Origin: Camelus dromedarius
Lineage: Eukaryota
DNA: 64,000 nucleotides
Direction of reading: 5' to 3'
Assembly: GCF_036321535.1 (NCBI RefSeq)
Contig: NC_087437.1
Coordinates: 103,790,001-103,854,000 of the forward strand
Positions 53,371 to 64,000 of this stretch are shown piece by piece. Position numbers and translations under genes: made by a program. Every line of letters begins with the position of its first letter. Position 1 is the stretch's first letter. The notes under the pieces are model-generated. The model was not told the origin of the DNA, did no database searches, and worked only from the letters and a program-made list of their open reading frames with translations.

Positions 53371-53412
53371 TTTCCCTTTCTAATCACTAAGTATTATTTG
53401 TACTCTCTGACA

Positions 53413-53707
53413 TGTATACGGTAGGTATGTTTACGTGTCAATCCTACTGGGCCATGGGGTGTCCAGATAGTTGATCAAACATTATTCTAAGTGTGTCTGT
53501 GAGCGTTGGTTATTTTTTCTCTTTTGGGTGCAATTAACATTTAAATAGGCTGACGGGTAAAACGAATTGCACTCCCTTAAGTGGGTGAGCCACAACCAGT
53601 CAGTTGAAGGACCGAATGCAACAAAAAGACTGAGCCTGCCTCAAGCAGGAGTAAACTCCTCCTGCCTGACTGTAGGGTTGGGACATCAGACTTTTCCTGC
53701 CTTTGAG
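53413..53707 (+). mobile_element. Partial MLT2 LTR
   Basis: GTGTCAA…GGGGTGTCCAGATAGTTGATCAAACATTATTCTAAGTGTGTCTGTGAG…GGGACATCAGACTTTTCCTGCCTTTG. Homologous to the 5' half of the LTR at 48361. Confidence 0.8.
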
Positions 53708-56079
53708 GAAAGAAAAAAGGTTATATTTATACAGTTTTACATGTAGTTATATATTTTATATAATTTTATATAATTATATAGTTGTGATTGTTTAAATTTG
53801 TACTTTTAAATATTTCAGCAGTTAAGCCATTGGAAAGGAGAAGCTTTCCACATTTTTTTGTTTGCAAAATAGCAATTAATTTAGAATACAGCATGAATGA
53901 TATTTCTTTTTTTGTAGATCTTGAAAGCAACTGTAGGATCAGAGACTGTAACTTAAAACCTGACATTATATTTAATGTAGAGTGGTTTGACTTTTTTTAT
54001 ACAAGCTATTTGGAGATTATTACTTGTTTAAAAAACCAAAACATATCGATGACTTGAAATGTCATATAATAAATATAATTAAGTAAATATGAAGCTCTTA
54101 ATTTTTGGTATCATCTAGACACTTACCGTTCAAAACAGGCATGTAACTTAAAATTCTATTGACATTTTCCAAAAAAAGCTAAAACTAGATTTCTTAGTAG
54201 TCATTATATATCTCTCCAAATTTCAAATATTGTATCTGTTCTTCAAAATTATTTTTCCTACTTTTTCACCCCAAATCTCTTCAGTGTTCTCCAATTTATG
54301 TTCATTTTTTCATTGTTTTCTCTCATCCTGTCCTCTGCTCCATATCCCTTTTTCTAAATCCCCACAATCAATCCATCATAAATTCATAGACAATTACAAT
54401 ATGCTTCTAAAACATATCCTTGCAATTAAGTCTTTTTTCTCACATTGAAATTATTTTGCAAAAAGACCCAGCTCAATTTTTTCAATAAAAATGAGAAAGT
54501 TTGAAGACTGAAGCAAGAAACAAACATGATGTCAAGAAAAAAAGAAATTGAACAGGAGACTGTAGAATCTTTCCCTCCATTGTTTGCTTTCTAGTCAAAA
54601 GTGGAATTTAGTAAGTTACATTTATTTAGAAATACTTGAATTTAAATTTGAAAATTCATGATTGCCCTTTTTTATTAAAAAAACAAACACATCAAAGAGG
54701 TTCTCAACTTCCAGATAAGATGAAATCAGTTGTCAACTGTTGGGAAACTGAATCAAATTACTTATTAACTTTGAGTAACAAGGTAACTATTTTATGCAAT
54801 GAACAAACAAAACTGAGTAACAAGAATACATATTCAGGGTAAGGTACCTAAAGTTTTAAAATTCAGATCCTTCTCAACCTCCCACAATCTCTCTCCCTCT
54901 CTCTCCCAACCTTCATGTTATCAAAAGTTTAATAAGAAAATACTTGACAATTAAGGACATCAAACATTAAGGCCTCAGAAGCACTTTGCTCCAAAGGTAT
55001 TTGTGTTCAGAGTTTAGGCTGAAACTTGTTTTCTGCTGATGAACTGTCACATCCTACAGTCTAGATGTTACTAGCACTTACTCTCAGAAATAACCCCATT
55101 TTCTGGCCCCCTGGAAGGATACCCAAGTACACCAAGCAGTAAGTGCTCTCATGTAGAAAGGTTATCAGTACCTCAATGCATATTCTAAAAATTGTCTTAT
55201 TTGTGTAAAGATTTTGTAGGTGGTTTAATCTGAAACACCACATGGGTCTTCTGGAAACCATGATTTTCCCACTTAGATTATTTGTACCATTAAATACATT
55301 AAAAATTCATATCTCGTGGGTGTATCATGCTCATAGGAAAATTTGGCATATTTATGCTAAAAACTAAATTCACATTTCCTCAGTTAAGTAAAAGCTATAA
55401 AACGTAATGGTGCATGTGATAGGAAACAAAACTACATAATGTGAAAAATGAAAAAAAAAAAAAAAAAACAACTACTCCCTTAAATTATTCTTGGTTGAAA
55501 TGCTTCTCAATCAATGGCTGCATAAGATTTTAACAAGTATATCTATGCTCACACAAAGAAAGAAAAACCAACCGAACAAACAAACAAACAAAAAAACCTT
55601 TATGGTCATGACAGAATGGAAGACGGTAGGAGAGATGCAGGGTAATGATAAAGTGGAAAAGGACAGATAAATGCATAGATTAAAAATCACTTTCACAAAT
55701 TTCCCCAGAATTTTAGAAAGCAAACATTTAAAAAAAAGTGTGAGGTAATACAAGAATTATCATACTGTCAAAATATATATCTACAGATACAGACAAAAAA
55801 TGTAGATGTAGATACAAATACAGATGTGGATATAGATACAGATGATATCAATGATATGTATATATTTATGTAGACATGCATAATGCAGTAGTATACTTCC
55901 AAACATATTCAGTTGAATTTCAGGAACAAATAAAAACTAAACCCTGTGAATAAATGAATTACTGTTACTTTGTAGATTAAACATTTAAACTAAGGTGTTT
56001 ATGCAGGTCTCAAATTTGGCACTAAAATGTTTTTAAGTCTCTTTGTATCACGTCTCATAATTACATTTAAATATCTTAA

Positions 56080-56257
56080 AGTAATTACATGAAGTAATTT
56101 TATGTAACGTTGCCAAGTTAACAACTGAGGTTCTCATTTTGTTTTGACTGCTGATTTAGAGTATGATTTAAATTAGTCTTCTCTCTCCTACTGCAACTGT
56201 CTTGAATAAAGTTTCTCTGCCTCTGTAACTTATCTGGTCTAATTTATCCATGATATC
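56080..56257 (+). mobile_element. ERV1 LTR 3' fragment (MER31/MER34/LTR37-like)
   Basis: CTCCTACTGCAACTGTCTTGAATAAAGTTTCTCT…TAACTTATCTGG. Confidence 0.4.
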
Positions 56258-57414
56258 AAATTAACTCAAGAGTTTGTTCATGTTTGTTTTTGTTTATTTC
56301 CTTCTTTTTGTTTCTGGGGATAGGTTCACTTATGGTACATGAAAGGAGCTGACTGTTTACACCAGGAAATGCCGAAATTAAAATCATGTATGATTAGGTA
56401 ACATGGATGGGAAAACTTCTCTCCAAACACGTATTCTCTGCATATATGGTACATAAGACTGTTTGCTGTGTTTAGATCATGAAATATTACAAGGGATGCA
56501 GAATGGGTGATGTTTTCCATAGTGCCGTATCCAGCATTGCCTCTCCAGCAGACTGCTTTCATTAAAACAAATTCAAAGGAAAGTCACTTCACTGGATTAC
56601 ACACCTGTTGACATGTGGCCCATGTGGCTGATGCACAACTCTAAAATGAGTCTCTCCTTTTCTTTTTAAAAATAAATCCTAGATGTCATTTATCCTATTC
56701 CTCTTTACTCACAAAAAAAGAGTAGTCTGTTCTACAGTTCATAGGCACTGTTGCCTGACATAATAACAACTGTAAAATATTGATGAAGCCAAAAGCACGT
56801 TCTCACTCTTTGGGTAGGAATTTTCAAAGCTGGATGCTCAAATTGGATATAGTCTCTTATGGCCTTAATGTCTTCTCAAGCTGCAACCTCTAGAGCTCAC
56901 TAGAGTGGCTGATTCTCTCACATCTCTGGATGAGCAAAGAAAGCATGTCAAAGGCTACTTAAATCAGTCTGTGTTTTGGTAAATAGGGTATGGAAAGTTC
57001 AAGTGCACAAGATAGGCCTAGCCTGGTTTCTGCTAGACCACAACGGCTAAATAGGACAGGTAGCAAATGTACAGAGTCAGGATGCTGGCGCTCGACAAGA
57101 GAGGAAAAGGAATGTAAAGGTAGTAATGACTTTGTCCTATTATCAGAGGAAGATAGAAAAAGCCAATTGCCCTCTTGAGTTTCCCATTTACTGCTAAACT
57201 GTAGGAAAACAATCAGTACCTTTAGTCCCCTGGTACTGAGAAATACATTACAATCCTAAACCATTTAGTTACTCGTTATTCCTTCATCACAGAGAACTGT
57301 GGCCTTTATTCCATGACCACTAGGTATTTGTTAATGAGCAAACATTTCTTTTTTAGGAAAATAAAAGTTGTTTTTGAGTTTCAATAGATGTATGGGGGTT
57401 AAAGTATTCAGTTT

Positions 57415-57620
57415 GCATTTTCATTCAACATTTATCAGGAAAAATATAAATTTAGTGCTACTATGTGCTAGTGTTGTTCATGACAAAGGCAACAATGATG
57501 GTAATATAGTAAATACAGTCTCGACAGAGAGATCTTCTAATGTAGTGACAGGTAGAGGCATTAATCAAATGCAAAATTACAATGACACATGCTATAACAG
57601 AGAAGTGTATGGAATAGTAA
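57415..57620 (-). mobile_element. L2 3' relic
   Basis: CATTTCATTCAACATTTAT…TACTATGTGCTAG…ACAGTCTC…TCTAATG. Confidence 0.5.
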
Positions 57621-58409
57621 AAGTATGCTAAAGTTAAGTAAGAACAGCAAGATACAGAAGTTAATATATGGTACAACCTCAAGTGAATAAAATGGATAAA
57701 CCCAGAGTCTGAAAAACTTAAAGGATATTTAAATAATCTGCCAGCTGTGACTATCTGTAAATGATTAAGTTACTGAATTTTTTTATATCTTTTATTATAT
57801 TTTCTAAATTTTAATAAGAATGATTTGTATTTAAAATGTGAAATGCAGTAAATATCTTAAATACAGTATGTTTTATTTTTCTTATTAAAGTGAGTAACTT
57901 GATAATACTAGAAAAATCAAAAACCAACACACAAAGCACAAAAATGTAATTCCTATTCTCTGACAGAAGCAAGCACTTCCATAAACACTTAAAACATAAT
58001 TTACCAGGTCAAAATTTTAGATAGTATTGATTTATTACAATATACATATAAAATATTTCATTGATTTTCAGATGTGTATGTTGTTTATAACTACACTGGC
58101 AAAAATAATTCCATGAAAAAATCCTTGTAGATACAAATGAGATTATTTCTCTGACAGGAAAACATAAAACCTAAAATTTCTTATTAATACTTCACCAGTA
58201 CCAACCACCACTCTTTCACTAGTTTAGAGAAAAGATATTCAGGAGTTTTTGACCATTTCCATAAAATGTAATAGAGATTTTATTGTGATAGAGAATTGAC
58301 AAATATTTATTTAGCATAAGTCCAGGGGACAGATTCTAGGCAATAGTCTACGACAAAAAGCGAAAATGGAGAAATCAAATAAAATTAAAATATATAAAAT
58401 TAAAATAGA

Positions 58410-58930
58410 AAATGGCTATAAATTCATCCTTCCCCTTTACAAAAAGATTTTTCTCTACCTGTGGAATCATAGTTGGTCTGTGAGTTGTGTTGATCAGTAA
58501 GATGCAGTGGAAGTGCATTGTGAGATTTCAGATGCTAGGCGTGGAGAGGACTGGAAGTTTCCAGTCTCACCCTCTTGGCAAATTGCTCTGAAGCTGCTAT
58601 ATAAATAATCCCTTTTCATCCTATCAGAGGATCACCGATCATATTAAGCAGAACTATTTTAGCTGAGTTCCTCTAAACCTACTATCTAACTACCAACTGA
58701 TAGACAACCACAAACACAAAACAAGTAAGCCCATGTTAGAATATCTAGCAACAATACAATCAGAGGCTGACTATGGCCTGATGAGTGACCTCAGGCAAGG
58801 TTGCAGGAGAAATGCCCATCTAAACCCATCCCAAACTGCTGACATACAAGATTATGAGCAAATAAATTGGTTGTTTAAAGCCACAGGATCTTGTGGTAAT
58901 TTGTTATACAGGAAGAGATGACTGGTAAAT
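58410..58930 (+). mobile_element. MaLR LTR (MLT1E/F-like)
   Basis: GATGCAGTGGAAGTG…ATGAGTGACCTCAGGCAAG…CCCAAACTGCTGAC…ATGAGCAAATAAA…TTTAAAGCCAC…GGTAATTTGTTATACAG. Confidence 0.8.
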
Positions 58931-59004
58931 CTCCAAGACATCTAGTTTCTGAAATAAAATTAAAACTGTCCAGGAGCCCCTGATATAGTTCCTTTGAATA
59001 ACAG

Positions 59005-59235
59005 CTAATAATAAAAATAGTAACTAATATTTATTGGTAAGTAATGAGCTAAATAATTTACATTTACTGCCTCTAATAATCCTCAAAGTAGTAAATTTAG
59101 TACTTATCTTTACTTTACAGATACTGAACTGTTGAGAGAGATTTAAAACGTTGTCCAAGGTTCTACAATTAGATGTACAAATGAATTCAAACCCAGGTCT
59201 AATTTTGAGGCAATGATCTTAACTAGTACACATAT
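59005..59235 (-). mobile_element. MIR SINE
   Basis: AATAGTAACTAATATTTATTG…TAATCCTCA…TTTACAGAT…TTGTCCAAGG…ATTCAAACCCAGGTCT. Confidence 0.65.
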
Positions 59236-60239
59236 TACATCTTGTTCCTCTTTATTCTCTCATCATTTCCCAATACGTTGCCTATGACGAAGAGTAAAAC
59301 TATTGAAACTTGGAATAACCCAGGTGAGAAACAAACCAGGAAACAATGGCATAAGAAAACTTTTGGGGTAATTTTGTCTATCTGCTCACACACTTTCAAA
59401 ATACCTTCCTGATAGAAGTTTCAATAATTATGTCTGTAGGAAAGTGGTGCTGTTCTGTGTGGCTAACAGAGCATACCACTACACAAAGAGCAACTGATCA
59501 TGTTCAGCTTATCAGAAAAAAGGATGCTGGTAGCTGGGGCATCCTCAGAAATATGAAATTGTACAAACCATGAGCTGTAATCACTGACAGTCATCGTGAA
59601 GCTCTTACAAGAAGAAACAAAAATTATATGAGAGTAAGCATCAGCTTAGGACAAAAGAGGACAGAAATTAAAATACAGTATTTCCTTAACATGATATTAG
59701 TACAAGCTGAAGTGAAACAAAGATCAAATATGCACTATAACATGTTTCACATGAATATTACGTGCATATTGAAAAATACAGAAAAATATAGCATATCCCC
59801 TTTTTTTTTTTGAATGATTTCATTCAATGCATCCCTCTAATGCATTTTATAAGCACGTGTACTGAGAAAAAGCAAAATATTGCTTCTCAGGAACAGGCTC
59901 TGCTCTGCTCAAATATTTCTTTCTAAAATTAAGTGACAAATTTATTAAGAAGAATATTCAAAAGTTTACCAAAAAGGTTTGTGGTCTGTGAATTCACAAC
60001 TTTAGCAAATTGCATTTAAACTCAACTTTTAATTATCCTTCTTCAAGCTCCAAGATAGCATACAATTATGGATAAACCACGTGCCCTCTCTCTTCCGTGC
60101 ACGCACACACACACACAAACACACATACACAAATGCATACATATTATCTACACCATGGGCATATACAAGATAACTCTATATATTCATACTACTTTGTATA
60201 TATAATTATATTTTATTTCTACAATCCATCAACAAATAG

Positions 60240-60860
60240 TAAAGACTTAGAAATAAAATATATATGTAACAATACAAAATGATAAATATAAATGTACTAA
60301 AATTTTAAGTTAAAGACGACAAATAGAAAGATAACATCATGTATCATGTTCATGGATTGGAACACTTAATTAAGATGTTAGTTTTCTTGCTTTTATATAG
60401 ATTAAACACAATCCTAATAAATTTCCAATAAGCCTTTTTAAAATAGGAGAAAAGCTGCTTCTTAAAATTGCATGAATATGCAAGAGAATATTCATTGAGA
60501 GAATATGGAAAGAAAATAACCCAAACAATTTGAAAAACTAAAACATTGAAATACACAAATAAGACAATAAAGGACACAATAAATAGAAGAGTTAAAAAAA
60601 GACTGACACACCAAATATTAATGAGAAAGTGGAGGGTCGAGAACTCTTATCTACTGCTAATTGGAAAGTAAAATGTTACAAATACTTAGGATGTAAGATT
60701 TTCACTTAAATGAAGTACAAGCCTAATGCCTATAGTTTTGGGTTTTTTTTTTTTTTCTTAAGAGAAAAACTTATGTAAGAAGACTGATGACACATTTTTT
60801 TTCCCTAAAAAACAAACCTGGCAACAAAATACTCAATAGTGGAATATGGAGAGCAAAATA
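60240..60860 (+). mobile_element. Very old L1M ORF2 relic
   Basis: CATGTTCATGGATTGGAACACTTAAT, AACACAATCCTAATAAAATTTCCA, GAACTCTTATCTACTGCT. Confidence 0.55.
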
Positions 60861-61262
60861 AGTAAAATTAAAAAAAATTATGCTTCAAATGGTCCTTGAA
60901 ATATCAGATTTGCCTTTTTATTCCGTCAAAATATTAAATGACACACTGGAACATGGTTTGTCAGCTGTTAAAAATGTTTTTAGGTCAAGCCATCATGTAA
61001 AAATCCATGACTCCTTGCGTAACACAATTTGAAGAGCATAATGGGAGCTACCCTGAGTGCTACTTGGGGTTTTATCTCACCAGTCGGGCCACGGCCGTGT
61101 TAGGAGGTTACGCAGTGCTAGGCTTGTTATTTTCTCCTCTTGAAAGCTTATTGTATTTTAACTTTAGGTCACTGACCCTTTCACTGCACCTTTCATTTGT
61201 ATTTTCACTGAATAACAGAAGAAGAAATATTAACTTGCAATTTTCTCTAAAGTTATATTCTT

Positions 61263-62017
61263 TTTTTTCAATTAATTTTCATATGAATTTCTTTTTTTTA
61301 ACATTTTTTATTGATTTATAATCATTTTACAATGTGTCAAATTCCAGTGTTCAGCACAATTTTTCATTCATGGACATATACACACTCATTGTCACATTTT
61401 TTTCTCTGTGAGTTATCATAACATTTTGTGTATATTTCCCTGTGCTATACAGTATAATCTTGTTTATCTATTCTACAATTTTGAAATCCCAGTCTATCTC
61501 TTCCCACCCTTCACCCCCCTGGCAACCACAAGTCTGTATTCTCTGTCTATGAGTCTATTTCTGTCCTGTATTTATGCTTTGTTTTTGTTTGTTTGTTTTT
61601 GTCTTTTAGATTCCACATATAAGCGATCTCATATGGTATTTTTCTTTCTCTTTCTGGCTTACTTCACTTAGAATGACATTCTCCAGGAGCATCCATGTTG
61701 CTGCAAATGGCATTATGTTGTCGGTTTTTATGGCTGAGTAGTATCCCATTGTATAAATATACCACATCCACATCTTCTTTATCCAGTCACCTGTTGATGG
61801 ACATTTAGGCTGTTTCCATGTTTTGGCTACTGTAAATAGCGCTGCTATGAACATTGGGGTGCAGGTGTCATCCTGAAGTAGGGTTCCTTCTGGATACAAG
61901 CCCAGGAGTGGGATTCCTGGGTCATACGATAAGTCTATTCCTAGTCTTTTGAGGAATCCTCACACTGTTTTCCATAGTGGCTGCACCAAACTGCATTCCC
62001 ACCAGCAGTGTAGGAGG
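61263..62017 (-). mobile_element. Young 5'-truncated LINE-1 (ORF2 C-terminus + 3'UTR) with short 3' transduction
   Basis: ORF 61606-61899 is the ORF2p C-terminus (TCTPMFIAALFTVAKTWKQPKCPS…FAATWM…). Perfect 11-bp TSD GTTATATTCTT (61252-61262, 62018-62028). Confidence 0.95.
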
Positions 62018-63933
62018 GTTATATTCTTAATGTGTATGCAGTATCATTTAAAGTAGAGTACTGAAAGCCCCAACAATTATAAAATAATTATACATGGATA
62101 ATTTATACTTTTTATAATTAAAAAAAATAGTATAAAATTAGGTTTCTCATGCCCTTTTACAGACCAATGTAATTGGTAAAAATTTAACTTAAACATTGAT
62201 TTATATACATGCTTTAAATATACCTAAATGTTCACAGCAGCATAACTACAATAGAGACATAATTATTCTGAACACTTTCTAAAAGTATTTAAATTTACTT
62301 TCTACCTTCAGTAGTTAAATAGTTGAATATCAATACAATGTAATATTGAAATATTATGCAGCCATAAAATAATGAAAATCAGAATATATTGGTAATATAA
62401 TCTCTACATTATTTACTAAAAATAGAGGCAAATAATGTGCAGAATATATTTGTTCCTTAACATTAAAATAATAAATATATCCTATAAATATATGAACTTA
62501 TAAATATATAAATTAGAAAAAAATACAGATTCAAGTCTTAACTAGATTTTGGGTCTTGTTTATTCTATTTGGCTATCAATACTCATTTAAAGTAATAATA
62601 CCAAGAGTAACAAAATCTGTACTTCAGTTCATTTACAGACATATTTTGTTCATGGAAAATTATATAGGACAGAATTAATGAAAACCAAACTTGGGAATTG
62701 TATTACTGGAGGGAAAGAAGAATTTTTTCATTTTATTTGGATTTCAGTGTATATTATTGCTTTTACTTTTAAATCAACAACATTATTTTGACAGTTGGAT
62801 TAGAAGAATTTTTATTTTGTCTTTATATCATTCTGTTACATACTAAAAATATGTTTTTAATTAACAAAATTTAACCATCACTTTATTTTTTAATAAAATA
62901 ACCTAGGAATACAATGATAGACTCTAAAGTAGCTGTTTCATATAATATCATGATATACTGAATTTCCATAGACTATAAAAATAGTTATAAAGAATTAACC
63001 TATATACAGTTATCTACCTATCCAAATGAATTAAGATTATATAAACACATAATTTCATCTCCTCAACATTTTAAATCAATCTCTCAGATATTACATATCT
63101 ATTTGTTTAGCTTTGTTACACCTGTGCCACACAAATTTTATATGATGTTATATATAGATAAATTTTGCAAGATTTTCTAATGTAATTACTAGATTTCTGA
63201 TTACAGTTTTGTAAATTTTAACAACTTATGTTCCAGTATATTCTCATTTGGGATTTAGTTTCTTGGGGAGATAACTATAAAAAGAGAGAATTAAGTACGA
63301 GGAATAACAAAAGCATATAAATAAAGCCGATGAAACAGGAGTAGAAAATGTCTCAATTTAGTCTGAGAAGAAATTTGAAAAATTACCTTGGAAAAGTACA
63401 ATGTTGTTTTTGATTGGGAACTGAGACAGAGATCAGTCTGAGAGGGGCTGGTAGACACAGGTGAGACGAGGTGGAACACAGTCATTCTTGTCATAAAATC
63501 TAAAGGCATTGCCAACATACAAGAAGGGCAGACAGAACCAATTTCCCCTTTGTAGTTATAGTCTCACCTACAAAGCAAACTCACTAACTATTATCTCATG
63601 GAAATTAAAAGGCAGAGAAATCTCATACCTCATAGAAATTATCTTATAGAAAATAAAAGGTAGAGACAACTCAAAAAGTTATTTTATTCATAAGGGACGG
63701 TAAATAATTAAAATTACGGTATATATGAGTATTTCCAAGGTGAATCAATAATTATCCGTAAGATATGTTGTGTGTTTTATGCTTCATGTGTCAGTTTTCT
63801 TTTCTATGATATTGATATAATAGCAATTTCTTTATAGTTTACTTCACATGCAAACATTTTTAGAATTTCTGTAAAGCATTTGGAACAGGAATTCATGTAA
63901 TTCAGGAATTTGGACTATTATTTTCATTGTTCA

Positions 63934-64000
63934 TAGTAGTGGAAGTAATAGTAGTGAGGTGGCAGCAATAGTAATACTAGTAGTAACAGTAGTAGTAGTT
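63934..64000. repeat. Imperfect (AGT)n low-complexity repeat
   Basis: TAGTAGTGGAAGTAATAGTAGT…AGTAGTAGT; runs off the window end. Confidence 0.8.

Noticed and set aside
61016..61115. 8-bp terminal stem TGCGTAAC…GTTACGCA suggesting a snoRNA or structured RNA
   Set aside because: No canonical C box and no D box (CTGA) next to the 3' stem; an 8-bp match can arise by chance.
1..64000. Novel multi-gene, defence, CRISPR or proviral system
   Set aside because: No long ORFs, operon structure, regularly spaced repeats or internal gag/pol/env. The two MER41-like LTRs are inverted and are separate insertions, so they do not bound a provirus.

Overview
AT-rich, CpG-depleted, gene-poor mammalian genomic DNA (intergenic or a very long intron), most likely camelid. 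That assignment rests on two tRNA-Ala-derived Vic-1-type SINEs and two copies of a young L1 3'UTR resembling the camelid L1 family. A large part of the window is transposon-derived: several LINE-1 fragments of different ages, six ERV solo LTRs with traceable termini (two are MER41-like), MaLR/MLT2 LTRs, MER58 DNA transposons, MIR and L2 relics, and microsatellites. No intact protein-coding gene, RNA gene or CRISPR array is recognisable; the protein-like ORFs in the track are decayed L1 ORF2 pieces. Most notable observations: (i) a MER41-like LTR keeping a perfect GAS/STAT site at the position used by interferon-inducible MER41 enhancers; (ii) an L1 whose 5'UTR is fused directly to post-endonuclease ORF2; (iii) an L1 insertion with a short 3' transduction; (iv) a betaretrovirus-like solo LTR nested in L1; (v) a phase-compatible pair of candidate exons at the window start; (vi) a tandem STAT5-type motif and a CpG/E-box cluster in unique DNA. 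Repeat family names are by-eye recognition, not database results. I found no evidence of a new multi-gene system.
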